From: Octopus sinensis
Lineage: Eukaryota
Length of the DNA stretch: 64,000 nt
Assembly: GCF_006345805.1 (NCBI RefSeq)
Contig: NC_043021.1
Location: forward strand, 8,308,001-8,372,000
Reading direction: 5' to 3'
Every line of letters begins with the position of its first letter. The first letter of the stretch is position 1. The translations under genes and the position numbers were made by a program. The notes beneath the pieces were generated by a model that saw nothing but the letters and a program-made list of their open reading frames with translations, ran no database searches and was not told where the DNA came from. Below are positions 11,642 to 24,724 of the stretch, piece after piece.

Positions 11642-11870
11642 TTTGATTCGAAATCCATGCTACTTCAAGTTTCGCAAGCCCCTAACGGAGCCTAACTCGT
11701 TCAGGCTTCTGGAATAACCAAATCCCAAATCGAAGACCCTTTACAAATCCCTGCATCAAAGTGACCTCCACCAAAGTCGTGAGTCGACCAAGCAGTTATT
11801 CCAGAAGCCCGAACGAGTCGGGTACGGTTAGGGGCCTGCGAAACTTTAAGTAGCATGGAAACCGATTCAA
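11642..11870. repeat. Imperfect inverted repeat (~70-bp arms, ~75-bp spacer)
   Basis: tccatgctacttcaagtttcgcaagcccctaac...gttaggggcctgcgaaactttaagtagcatgga. Confidence 0.75.
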
Positions 11871-12116
11871 ACTGTTTCAGATGAGGGTTAGGGTGTATCT
11901 CCACCGGTAGCACATACAAAAAAAATTACATAAAGATCACAGAGTTCTTCAGTACTACAGCCTATTCCATCACTGCTATCTGGAAAACAACGCGACACTT
12001 TCAAAGTATGTTTGGAAATCGAGAGCCAAGTAGTGATAAGAACTTGTGAAAGTGCCGTGTCAAATGTCTATCTGAAAAACACCATATTATTTGACTTAAT
12101 CCATTAACAAGTGTAA

Positions 12117-12532
12117 TACCTATTTCTTTATTACACACAAGGGGATAAACACAGAGGGGACAAACAAGGACAGACATAGGTATTAAGTCGATTACATCGA
12201 CCCCAGTGCGTAACTGGTACTTAATTTATCGACCCCGAAAGGATGAAAGGCAAAGTCGACCTCGGCGGAATTTGAACTCACAACGTAACGCAGACGAAAT
12301 ACCTATTTCTTTATTACCCACAAGGGAAACATAGAGGGGACAAACAACGACAGACATAGGTATTAAGTCGATTACATCGACCCCAGTGCGTAACTGGTAC
12401 TTAATTTATCGACCCCGAAAGGATGAAAGGCAAAGTCGACCTCGGCGGAATTTGAACTCACAACGTAACGACAGACGAAATACCGCTAAGCATTTCGCCC
12501 GGCGTGCTAACGTTTCTGCCAGCTCGCCGCCT
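12117..12532 (-). mobile_element. SINE family A tandem dimer
   Basis: One full head plus a head-truncated unit, with the same junction as in 1-829. Confidence 0.85.
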
Positions 12533-12964
12533 TTTAATACTACCGCTTCGTTCATACTTGACTTTGATGGTAACCATTTTGTTGCAGAGATTCGTAAATG
12601 TCTTCGGTCTGAGGACAACTGTCTCCATTTCTTCACCAGTCGCAGAGGTCCTGAAAAAGCGACATGCGCAATAATCGGTATAGAATGCTTTTCTGTAGGT
12701 ATTCTCATTTTGCATGTTCCTATATTTGGGAATGTTAAATTCGATCTATGTTTGGTTTCAATATTTTTTTGCGAAGATCTTGATAAAAGCATTGTATATC
12801 GTGTTGTCACCTCGCTGGCAACAAATCACAAGCAGCACAGGGCTTAGGGAATATTTATTTAAAAAACTACCTTTGCATATACATACATACATATTCAAAA
12901 ATTATCTTTGTATGTATGTATGTATGTATATATATATATATGTGTTGTGTGTGTATGTGTGTGT

Positions 12965-13008
<44 letters not shown>

Positions 13009-13068
13009 CTACGTGTGTATCGTTAGTGATTTTCTTTCTCCGTCTTCCCTTCTTTGGACTTTTTCTAT

Positions 13069-13103
13069 ATTTCTGATGAAGAGCTCCGCTCGAGACGTGA
13101 AAT
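13069..13103 (+). ncRNA. Decayed hammerhead motif (HH-A related)
   Basis: ATTT CTGATGA A GAGC-tcc-GCTC GAG ACGT G AAAT. A14G and G17 changes predict inactivity. Confidence 0.45.
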
Positions 13104-13139
13104 CGCCTTTCTTTTCTTTCCTTGTTTTTTGCATATACA

Positions 13140-13201
<62 letters not shown>

Positions 13202-13345
13202 ATATAATTATATATATATATATATTGTATGGTATATATATTATATATATATATATATGATGTGTATATATATATATATACTCACTTGCATACACATATC
13301 ACAGATATATTTGTGTATGTGTGTGTATGCATACATGTGTATATT

Positions 13346-13378
<33 letters not shown>

Positions 13379-13889
13379 ATGAAGAGAGCAAAGCAAATAC
13401 AAATAACTGAAAGACAATAAAAGTCCATTTAGTTAATATAATTACGTCGACGTTCAAAGAATGAGAAAAAATAGAGGAAAAGTATAACGTTTCGGACTTA
13501 GTCCTTCATCGAATTCTAGAGGAAAGTCCACATGAGGCTGGAAAGAAAGTAAAGGAGAAGAAAAATAGAAAGCCAAGGGTAAAACACATGGGTTAGGTTC
13601 ACATATATATTATATATACATTTTAATAATCCTTTCTACAATAGACACAAGGCTTGGAATTTTAGGGGAAAGGACTAATTAATTACTCCGTTCTCAATAC
13701 TTGACTGGTATTTATTTCATCGACTGCGAAAGGATCAAAGATAAAGTAGACCTCGTGTGGAATTTGGACTCAGGACGCAAAGAAAGACGGACTACTGCTG
13801 CTAAGCCTCTTTGTCCGGAGTGTTAACGAGTCTACCAGCAAGCCTTCGTAAAATTTAATGCTGAACTAAAGTAAGTCACAGTATTGCTG

Positions 13890-14260
13890 TGGAGGCGCAA
13901 TGGCCCAGTGGTTAGGGCAGCGGAATCGCGGTTTCGATTCCCAGACCGGGCGTTGTGAGTATTTATTGAGCGAAAACATCTAAAAGCTCCACGACGCTCC
14001 GGCAGGGGATGGTGGTGATCCCTGCTGTACTCTTTCACAACTTTCTCTCACTCTTACTTCCTGTTTCTGTTGTACCTTGTATTTCAAAGGGCCGGCCTTG
14101 TCACTCTCTGTGTCACGCTGAATAATCCCCGAGAACTACGTTAAGGGTACACGTGTCTGTGGAGTGCTCAGCCACTTACACGTTAATTTCACGAGCAGGC
14201 TGTTCCGTTGATTCGGATCAACCGGAACCCTCGTCGTCGTAACCGACGGAGTGCTTCCCA
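13890..14260 (+). mobile_element. tRNA-derived SINE family C
   Basis: Head gtggaggcgcaatggcccagtggttagggcagcgg...tttcgattccc; related copy at 51730-52012. Confidence 0.75.
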
Positions 14261-14785
14261 CACACAGTATGACAGCTAGCCTAATATAATTTTGCTACAG
14301 GATTATTTATTTGGTTCTTCGTTTTCTGAAGGTTATAAGACGATTTGAAATGTAAACAAAAACATTTATCCAGGATAGGAGTGAATAGACGAAAAGAATG
14401 TTATTACCTTTAAGAATTGTCACACCTCGTTTACCATAAAATCGTAAAGTATATCACTGATTTCATAGCAACGACCTTTATGTAAATATAAACGAAAATA
14501 TAGTACAAGCTTTCAAAAAAAACATGTTGAAATGTAAGTATTTCTAAACATTTAGAAGAATAACATCACATAAGAAGCGAAGCAAAAACATTTTGTTTTT
14601 TACCAGCAACGATGTTTATTTAGTATAAAGTGATGTTTAAATATATATATAGAGAGATTGGGAGGTAGTATATCGTATGTTGTTGGTTGTATTTAATAAC
14701 CCCAACCACAATATTTTATAACTTTTCTTGCCCTTTGAGATAATTAACCCGTTCCCCCACACGTGATAGATATCTAGCCTAGCAA

Positions 14786-14830
<45 letters not shown>

Positions 14831-15158
14831 AAGAAACATTTATACGAGAGAGAGGAGAGCAAAAACGATATACGTGTATATTTATTTTATTTTATTTTAT
14901 TTTATCTAGTTTCAGCTCACGAGCTGTGGCCATGCTGGGGCACCATATATATATATATATGCACACACACATACACACATGTATATATGGCGGGCTGCCC
15001 ATATCGGAGCAATCTCAAGATTAATCAGCCGAAATTGCTAAGATGATCTGGTTTTGACTGATGACTGAGGGCTTCGAATGTCCTGTCCTGTGGTTCTTGT
15101 GTCGTCTCTGTGGTGTTTCATGTTCTTGTCCAGGCTGTAATTATTTTTACTGTTTACC

Positions 15159-15190
<32 letters not shown>

Positions 15191-15197
15191 CACAACG

Positions 15198-15233
<36 letters not shown>

Positions 15234-15243
15234 CACACACATG

Positions 15244-15280
<37 letters not shown>

Positions 15281-16489
15281 CACACGTCTATATATATATA
15301 TGCATATATGCATGTATATATATTATATATATGTATATATGCATATGTATCATATATATATATATGTATGTATGTGTATATATATATATGTATGTATGTG
15401 TATATATATATATGTATGTATGTATGCATATATATATATATATGTGTATATATATGTATACATATATATAAACACACATTTTACAGAGAGAGTGAAAGAT
15501 AGATAGATAGACAGAGAGAGAGAGAGAACGAGCGAGAAAGAGAGAGAAGGTGAGGAAACGGTTACATGGCAGTCAGTCGAGACGTGTTTTTCATATCATT
15601 TACTCTTTGCAAATAATCACACCGTGTGCACGTGATCAGAAAATGTTAAGCATTTAGGAGAAAAAAGTTCGTGCAGCTGTCAACTGCCGACCACCACCAC
15701 CACCACCACCACCACGACTCCAACTACTACTGCCACTACTACTCCTCCTTACTACCAACCAGCAGCAGCAGCATCAGTATCACCACCATTGTCACCATCA
15801 CCGTCACCACCAACACCGCCACCACCACCACCACCGCCATCACCACCACCATCACCACCGCTATCGCCACCACCGCCACCAGCATCATTATCAGTGTTCC
15901 ATCCACCCATCCCCTTATTCTTCCACCACCACCACCACCACCACCACCACCACCACCACCACCACCACCCCGATGTGATTTTTTTTTTTTGATTTTTTTT
16001 TGTATTTTATGTTATTTCTTTCCATTTATCTACAGAGTATATCTGCCAGACTCCCAGACAAATCTTAGTCAGTTCTAAAGCTAAAGTTGGAGCAGAGCAG
16101 GCCTGTGTTCTGCTCAGAACTAGAATTATATAGTTATATATAGTGTATATATATACACACCACTTTACTGATTCTTAAATTTATATATATATAATATATA
16201 TATACACACACACATACATAAATATATTGTTATATTTATATATACACCCACTCACACACACACATAAAGATATATAGTCTCTGATATCTGGGGACTATAT
16301 TCCGATGCAGAACATTTAAGGTAGGCCACGTTTTAATAATAATTCCTTACTAAACAATGTAAGATTTCTTTGTATCTTTGATGGAGTAAAGGAAGATGTA
16401 AATTGTCTGTGATGTAGTATTGTTCATGCATTTCACCCTAAAGGATGCTAAGCGGGGTGGCATGTGAAGTGAAATAGATTTAAATTAGA

Positions 16490-16830
16490 GCCCCATAAAT
16501 TGAGTGTCCTAACCAGCCAGAATGCGAACCTGGATCGCCAGAATGGGACGGCTATGTGTACCACAGCATACTTTATTTTTTTTTTGTTTATAAGTTGATA
16601 TGCAAATAAAAAGATAATTCCCTTCATTAAAAAAACATGTACAGCAATTAATTTAAATTAGCCCCTAAATTGAATGTCCTAACCAGCCAGAATGCGAACT
16701 TGGATCGCCAGAATGGGACTGCTATGTGTACCACAGCATACTTTTTTGTTGTTGTTTATAAGTTGATATGCAAATAAAAAGATAATACCTTTCATAAAAA
16801 AACAAAAACATGTACAGCAATTAATTAAAT
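16490..16830. repeat. Tandem duplication (~170-bp unit) containing a degenerate minus-strand tRNA-like head
   Basis: Two near-identical copies of taaattgagtgtcctaaccagccagaatgcgaac...catgtacagcaattaat. Confidence 0.75.
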
Positions 16831-16957
16831 TAATTATGCACCCACACACCCGTCCTTTCTAATTTAATTGCCATGTACCACCATCATAATCATTATTTTC
16901 TTCATATTGATATCAACTTCAATACTGCTACTGTTACTACTACTACTACTACTACTA

Positions 16958-17365
16958 TGAGTGAGAGAGCATCACACGCCATCATAGTGATGCTGGGATG
17001 CAAATATACAAAGCCAATATACCCGTCATGACTACACGTCTACTTAGGGTACACCAGGCACATGCATCACAACAATATGTGCATGAAATGGTGGCATCAT
17101 ATCAAGATAAACAGTGCATAGCCTTGGAAGTGGTACCCTGGTCCCTGAATAAGGGTTGTTTGAGGATGATAAATTAAAACACCCATGTTTCCAGGGGTGA
17201 TTTATTCAAACCCCAAAGAATCCCTCTCGACACATGGCTATGATGCTCCCCCACTACTTCTGCTCGCGATCAGAGATGCACATAACGTCAGCCACTAAGG
17301 AACAGGCTCAACTGGTTATGCTCAAGCAACTGACAAGCAAATCTGTGGTATTGAGCAAAATATTG
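16958..17365 (-). mobile_element. ~500-bp dispersed retroposon-like family bordered by (ATT/ACT)n
   Basis: Homologous to 17535-18085 and 27980-28480 (gagtgagagagcagtgcatgccatcaaagtgac...). Confidence 0.65.
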
Positions 17366-17534
17366 ATTGTAGCAAGAGTTCAAATTCCACCAGGGACGAC
17401 TTTACCTTTTCATCCTTTCAGGGTCAATAAATTAAGTACCAGTTGCACATTGAGGTTGGTGTAACTAACTCGTCCCCTCCCCCAAAATTGCTTCCCTTGT
17501 GGCAAAATTTGAAGCCACTATTATTATTATTATT

Positions 17535-18085
17535 ATTGAGTGAGAGAGCAGTGCATGTTATCAAAGTGACCCTGGGGTAAAATATACAAAGCCCGGTTAA
17601 TATCTAGATCCGCACCCGGTGGAAAAAATGGAAACGCAAATGTGTAACAGTATATATATGTGTGTGTGTATATATATGTGTGTGTATATATATATGTGTA
17701 TGTATATATGTGTGTGTATGTATATATATGTGTGTGTATGTATATATGTGTGTGTATGTATATATGTGTGTATGTATATATGTGTGTATGTATATATATG
17801 TGTGTGTATGTATATATATGTGTATGTATATATGTGTATGTATATATGTGTATTTTTTCCACCGGGTGCGGATCTAGATATTAACCCGACATGGTGATCT
17901 CAGCGCATGACCTTGCAGGTGGGGCCCAGTTAGAATCTTCTTCTGGTCAAGTAGCCCATCATGCTCAAAAGGTCCCTGAATAAGGATTGTTTAAAGATGT
18001 TGAACGAACCACCCATGTTTCCAAAGGTGAATTATCCAAACCCCAAAGAATTCCTCTCAACCCACGGCTATGATGCTCTCCCACT
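17535..18085 (-). mobile_element. Same ~500-bp family, interrupted by a TIR element
   Basis: Host sequence resumes at cgacatggtgatc after 17886. Confidence 0.65.
17595..17886. mobile_element. Unclassified MITE: 35-bp perfect TIRs around a microsatellite core
   Basis: GGTTAATATCTAGATCCGCACCCGGTGGAAAAAAT / exact reverse complement. Confidence 0.75.
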
Positions 18086-19075
18086 ATATTATTATTATTA
18101 TTATTCCTAAGATTCCAGGCTTTGTGCCAAAATAACAAAATGTATTACATTTATAATGTATGTACAAACATAGAACAGGGCTAGCTATAATATTTTGTTT
18201 CAGAGAAACTTGAAACGTTCATATCGTTCTGAGCATACCTTATTTTTGACAAGCACAGTATCGCCAGAGAAGTTTCTCTCCAACACAAAACGTTACAGCG
18301 AGCAATGCCTTACTTTTCTATTTTCATTATAAATGAACTACACATCGTTGTTTTAATCTAGTGCTGGTTTTAAATGTGTATATTGATTTAACTCCTGCTT
18401 GCTTCCATACAAATCAACGAATATTTTATTTGCTGATTTCTATATCAGAGCAAAAGCACAGAGTGACCGGTGGTGTTTGTGACTGAGGAGGTTAAATTAA
18501 GCCAAAAAACCAGTGTCGGATGATTCGCTGGCGTTATTCTGTGCGAGTTCTGTTTTTAATGCACAAAGCTATGTAAGAAAAGTTTCTCTGAAGCAAAAAT
18601 ATTATAGCAAATGCTGTTTAATGTTTTTATAAACATCCAGAATATTACACGCTACTTAATTTAATGTAATATTGTTTCAAGTACATGTTTTTAACAGCTG
18701 TAGCTACTCTAGTCTAGGTATTTAGAAAGTATCAGGAAAAGTGTCGGCAAGACTTCTGCCCGTCCCCCACCCCAAAAGCACCCTTTAAAAAAATTTTTTG
18801 CCCCCCCCCCCACCTTTTCGGCTATGGAAAATACGAATCTGCGAAAAATTTGGCAAAAATCGACATTACTAAATTACCCCACCCCCATTTCCTTCATTTT
18901 TAACTTTTTCAAATTTTTTATTCAAAATAAGCGTAAAAATATGGAGATTATGATTCTGGAAAAAATTTCCAAGAATCTTTGTAAAATTTTTTTTAAGAAC
19001 TTTTTTTTCTAAATATACGGACATCATGATTTGGACAAACATTTCAAAACATTTCTGGGCGAAGTTTCGCATGTC

Positions 19076-19787
19076 GTAGCACAGATTTCCGTCGATTTCC
19101 GTAAAAAACTTTTATTTTTTTACATAAGTCATGAGAGCGAAAGAGACTAAGAGGAAGCGATTTTATGACGAGAAGGTTTCTCTTTGAAATCGGCCTGTGT
19201 ATGTTTGATGGGGTGTGGGAGACAGGCAGTATGTTGTTGTAAGTGAAGTGCTTCTGTTAGTGTGTGCGAAGAGACAGAGAGAGTAATGTGTGAAAGAGAG
19301 AGATAACTGATTTTTTTACTCGGTGTATGTGTATATGTATGTCTGCATGTATTGTGTGTGTGTATGTATCTATGTGTGTGTGTGTGTGTGTAAGTATGTG
19401 TGTGTGTATGTATGTATGTTATGTGTGGTGTGTGTATGTATGTATGTGTGTGTGTGTATGTATCTATGTGTGTGTGGGTGTGTGTAAGTATGTGTGTGTG
19501 TATGTATGTATGTATGTGGTGTGTGTATGTATGTATGTGTGTGGTGTGTATGTATGTATGTATGTACTCGTGTATGTGTATATGTATGTCTGTCTCTTCG
19601 CACACACTAACAGAAGCACTCACTTACACAACATACTGTCTGTCTCCCACACCCATCAAACCACACAGGCCGACTTCAAAGTGAAACCTTCTCGTCGTAA
19701 AATCGCTTCCTCTTAGTCCCTTTCGCTCTCATTACTTATGTAAAAAAATAAAAGTTTTTTACGGAAATCGACGGAAATCTGTGCTAC
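19076..19787. mobile_element. Fold-back element with ~200-bp inverted arms and a (GTAT/GT)n core
   Basis: gtagcacagatttccgtcgatttccgtaaaaaac... / ...gttttttacggaaatcgacggaaatctgtgctac. Confidence 0.75.
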
Positions 19788-20289
19788 TACAACCGAAACT
19801 ATGCCCATTTCGGTACTTACGGTTAGGGTTTTAGGGTTAGTGTTGGGGGAAAAAGTCAAAATCGAAGAAGTTGGGAGGGATGGGAATGGGGGGGGGATTT
19901 CACAATGCTAATTTTTAGCAATTTTCCGGAACCTCTGAATCCAAAAATGGGGATTTTTGGCAAAAAAAATTACAAAAATAAACAAATTTGGGAGAAAATG
20001 GGGGAGGGGCAGAAGTCTTTCCAAAATACCATATTCTATAACCTTGGCAAAATGTGCCCCTATGCAAAATTTCAGCTCCCTAGATACAAACTTGTGGCCT
20101 ACAGCTTTAAGCATAATGTAAACAGAGATACATACATATAATGCAAACATACATGTTTATATACATTTGTACATTCATAGTACATATATAGGTACATACA
20201 AACACTTAAATATATACATCTATGCAAGCACAGACATGATAAGAATATAATGTCCATACCTATATAGATCCTTCTTACATACAAACATA

Positions 20290-20420
20290 TAGGGTGTCCC
20301 AAAAAAATGTATACACATAGTGGTTCGGCAAAAGAGAACGATAGAATAAGTACTAGGCTTACAAAGAATAACAAATTTACAATTATTTAAGGTGTGTATA
20401 CATTTTTTTGGGACACCCTG
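20290..20420. mobile_element. Tc1/mariner-type MITE containing a SINE-B fragment
   Basis: TIR (C/T)AGGGTGTCCCAAAAAAATGTATACAC with TA flanks; the interior ggttcggcaaaagagaacgatagaataagtactaggcttacaaagaataa is SINE-B body sequence. Confidence 0.75.
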
Positions 20421-20599
20421 TATGTATGAACGCACATACAAACAGGCATACATTTATGTGTACGTACATACATACATACATGCATACTACATACAGACAG
20501 AAACTTGCATACATACCTCCCCACATACGTATATACCTACTTACATACATACATTCATACATACTTGCATGCCTGCATAGTCACTTCTATATATCACAG

Positions 20600-20990
20600 T
20601 ACTAGTAGTATAGCCTGGCGTTGCTCGGGTTTGTTTTCTTTTCGACCCTTTAGAATTGGAATTTTTGAAAAGTAAAAATTTTGCATTATGTAGCTTGTTA
20701 TTCTCTTTAAGTGAACATTTTTCTGGTTCAAATACACCGAAAAATGGCGACACAGCAGTAAAAAAAATCGTAAAAAATAGGGCTTTTCATAGATATAAAG
20801 CAGCTTTTTGGTGTTAACAGGGTCCGATTTGAATTTTTTCTTCTATGGAATGAAGAGCAAGCCTCCTTCTATCATACTCTTAATTTTGGGCAACTTGTGC
20901 CGCAGGGTCTCCGAGGAGATAGTGTTAGTAGAAGGCTACCAAACCTGCCACACACACACACAGACAACTTCAGCTTTATATATAAAGATT
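20600..20990 (+). mobile_element. Helentron-associated (HINE/DINE-1-like) non-autonomous element
   Basis: 5' actag...gcctggcgttgctcggg and 3' (CA)n-acagacaacttcagctttatatataaagat termini are typical of HINEs. Confidence 0.5.
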
Positions 20991-22589
20991 ATCAGCTGAT
21001 GTTATTGTTTAGCCCAAGGTCAGTTCTGATTGAGTAGACTCATGATCAAAGATCTTCTATCTGTCATGATGTATATGATCAACTATAATTCCCTAAATGT
21101 TGCTGTCAATCCATGGCTGAACAAAAGTCTCAATATGCCATTATCATCTTATTGATGCTGGTTGCAGAGTTGCCTGTTGACAGAGGCCAATTGTTGGGTG
21201 GACAAGGTACTCATATATTTAAGTGATTAGTTCTCGCCATTGGCAACAATATACATTAGTTTATTAAAACTAGAATATCTTATTAGTCTTTGATTGACAT
21301 CTAGAATGACTTAGTGGAATATTAAATCGACTTTATTATTATGTAACTGGTACCTTACTTTATCATTCCCCAATTGAATTCAAAACATAGAGGCACAGAA
21401 TGAACCTTTTGGTCTGTCCTCTGGTGACTTTGGGGGGACGAGATAGATAGAGGGGGTGGAGAATTAGAAAAGAAAGTTTATTGGGTGATACACTGATAGG
21501 CTTCCTTCTTCTCTACTTTGGGAAGGTGGTAGTAGAAATGTCAGTGAAAACACTCGATAATTACTGAGTACTCCCACTGGCTACAAAGTTTTCAAAAATG
21601 TAATTATTTTCTCATTTTTTTCAAGGAGATAGAATGAGCCATCTATAAGTTTCAGTGTCTAATCCCTAGGGAATCTGCAAGCTCAATTTGATGTCCTTCA
21701 TCTTGTTTAATGATTGATGTGAATAAAATATTTATTTGATTATACTTTCTAACGTAAATACAAAATATCAGATTATGGGTTAGGGGCTATTGATGGTGCT
21801 AAACATTTTTTGCTGAGGCCTTGGCCATAAGGGGCCAAGACCTTGAGGATGATATAAGGATGAAATGCGACCCACAAAGATCAAGTTTGCATTGAAAAAA
21901 AAAAAAGAAATGAACAAAACTAAAAGATAAAAGAAAAAATTTCAACAAGAAAATATTCTGCAATAGAGGGGAAGATCACTTAGGGTAATTCTAGGAAAAC
22001 CTGAAATAAAAACCCCAAAAGAACTGCAATATTGTTACATGCGCAGCATCAAAAGTGTTCTGTCCTTGTTTCTTTCCTCTTGCTTGAAAAGCATACTCAG
22101 AGTAGGCCAGTTCAGCATCACTAGTGTTGCCACTTTTGTGCACCTTTTGATTATAAACATACTAAGAAAACAGCACCGTCTTCTCCACCCTTGTCTTCTT
22201 CTTTGAGTGGTACTTGAAGAAGTTGATTGAGAGTTTGGCCAGAAAGGAAATGTTCTCTCTTGAAACCTTTCAGACGAGGTCACTATGCAATCTCTTTCGC
22301 CACAGCCACAAGTAGAGGAAAACTAGCCATCTTTCCTTGTCTCCACTCCACCCTCAATAACAAAAATATTGTGCATCGATTTTTCACTGTAGATTTGGCC
22401 CCACAGGCGAAAGTAACCATTCTCTATAATCTCACAAGTCACTAGTGCAGTTAATCTGTAAAATAGCACGATTACATTACCCTGTATGCATCTTAGACAA
22501 ATTCAGCTGTTGGCACTTCCATGTCTGTAGAACTTGTGTCGAACAGGAAATGCTTTTCTGTAGCACTGCAATGCTAAGGACTTTTAGAT

Positions 22590-23000
22590 GTTACTCTTTT
22601 ACTCTTTTACTTGTTTCAGTCATTTGACTGCAGCCATGCTGGAGCACCGCCTTTAGTCGAGCAAATCAACCCCGAGACTTATTCTTTGTAAGCCCAGTAC
22701 TTATTCTATCAGTCGCTTTTGCCGAACCGCTAAGTAACGGGGACATAAACACACCAGCATCGGTTGTCAAGCAATGCTAGAGGGACAAACACAGACACAC
22801 AAACACATACATACATATACATATATACACATATATACGACAGGCTTCTTTCAGTTTCCGTCTACCAAATCCACTCACAAGGCATTGGTCGGCCCGGGGC
22901 TATAGCAGAAGACATTTGCCCAAGATGCCATGCAGTGGGACTGAACCCGGAACCATGTGGTTGGTAAGCAAGCTACTTACCACACAGCCACTCCTGCGAC
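22590..23000 (-). mobile_element. SINE family B
   Basis: Full-length copy. Confidence 0.85.
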
Positions 23001-23153
23001 TATGTTGTTCATAGTCTTTAATTTGAAAGTTCTTTAGAAGAGGTTGCTCAGATATTTTTCATCAATGTCCAAAGTCATTCCTAAGCTGTTGCAACTCATG
23101 CTGTCCTCTAAATCTCTATAGAAAATCAAGAGTTGTTTTTGATTCTTGTTCAC

Positions 23154-23545
23154 AGCAGGAGTGGCTGTGTGGTAAGTAGCTTGCTTACCAACCATATGGT
23201 TCCGGGTTCAGTTCCACTCCGTGGCACTTTGGACAAATGTCTTCTACTATAGCCTCGGGCCGACCAAAGCCTTGTGAGTAGATTTGGTAGACAGAAACTG
23301 AAAGAAGCCCGTCGTATATATGTGTATATATATATATGTGTGTGTGTGTTTGTCCCCCACTAACATCGCTTGACAACCGATGGTAGTGTGTTTACGTCCA
23401 CGTAACTTAGCAGTTTGGCAAAAGAGCCCGATAGAATAAGTACTAGGTTTACAAAGAATAAGTTCCTAGGGTCGATTTGCTCAACTAAAGGCGGTGCTCC
23501 AGCATGGCCACAGTCAAAAGACTGAAACAAGTAAAAGAGTAAAAA
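23154..23545 (+). mobile_element. SINE family B (head-to-head with the previous copy)
   Basis: Full-length copy ~150 bp from the opposite-strand copy. Confidence 0.85.
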
Positions 23546-24009
23546 AAGAAGAAAGAGCATTGTACATATGGTAGAGTACTGTGAGAGTGATGGAATATTC
23601 TAGATAACAAATGCCCAAACTTAGTCTATGCCTGACCCAAGATTGCAGCTTGGTCAAAAAGAAGAGCCGAGGAAGGATGTATTGTATGAAAAATGGCCAA
23701 ACGAGTTTGCACTCATTTTTGTCATTGTTGCTACCATCGCAGTGATCCAGATAATACTTCTGGCGCTCTTCCCGAATGGTACCAACCACCTCAATTTCTA
23801 ATGTATCCAACACCATAATGATGGCGTCGTCATCCTCACATAAAGATACCAGTCTTCTGTGCCCTAGATCAAACAGGATGAACTTCACCATCTCTAGCTC
23901 CTCAGTATAGTTGACCAGGGGCTAACAAAAGCAGTAATTTATTAATTAGATGTTACTAGAATAAAAAAGCAGTAATTTACTAATTAGATATTACTAGAAT
24001 AAACTCTAG

Positions 24010-24530
24010 AATATTATTTACATTATTTACATTATTTAAATTCGATGGATATTTGTCCTCATCTTGTTTGTTGTTAAGACAACGTTTCAGCTGTCTTGGG
24101 GAAATTTCGAACCTGGGTTCTCATTCCTAAGCAGACCGAGTGCAGATATGAGCAGCATATGGGAACTGGTATTAAGGAAGGATAGAAAAATATTAGATTT
24201 ATAAGCCCTAAAATTCACTCCATAATTGCCTATGGGCATAAGGTGGAGTGGTTAAGAGCGCAGGCTACTAACCCCAAGATTCCGAGTTTGATTCCAAGCT
24301 GTAACCTGAACAATAACAATGATAATAATAATAATAACAACAACAACATCGAAAAATACCTTAGGAATGAGAACCCAGGTTCGAAATTTCCCCAAGACAC
24401 CTGATGAAGGCTGGAGGGTATATCAGCCGAAACGTTGTGTTAGCAACTTAAATATCCATGCAACTTAAATATCTGTCAAATGTAAATAATGTAAATATTG
24501 TAAATAATTCCTCATCTCTTAAATATAGAA
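24010..24530. mobile_element. tRNA-like head + (AAT)n + hammerhead-bearing tail, with an inverted partial copy upstream
   Basis: 24240-24300 ggtggagtggttaagagcgcaggctactaaccccaagattccgagtttgattcc; 24010-24132 is an inverted copy of 24358-24510 lacking the ribozyme core. Confidence 0.6.
24396..24441 (+). ncRNA. Minimal type-I hammerhead ribozyme motif with extra A after A9
   Basis: GACAC CTGATGA A GGCTG-gagggtatat-CAGCC GAA ACGT T GTGTT. Canonical core, 5-bp stems I and II, predicted GUU site after 24436. Confidence 0.7.
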
Positions 24531-24724
24531 CTGTAAAATTCTAGATACTCAGTCTCATCTTTGTCAGTTGAACTCAAAATCTTGAAGTGTTATCTCCTGT
24601 ATTGGAAAGTATCTTGCCAGACACTGTCTACCTCTGGATCTGATTGTCAGCATTACTATAATTACATCAATTCTGAACAACCGGGAACAAAACTAGAGGA
24701 ACATCTACATGTTTCAATTGTAGG

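Noticed and set aside
13480-13525. Minus-strand TCGATGA A GGAC-taa-GTCC GAAACGTT motif
   Set aside because: Core positions 3-4 are altered and stem I does not pair well; at most a decayed relative.
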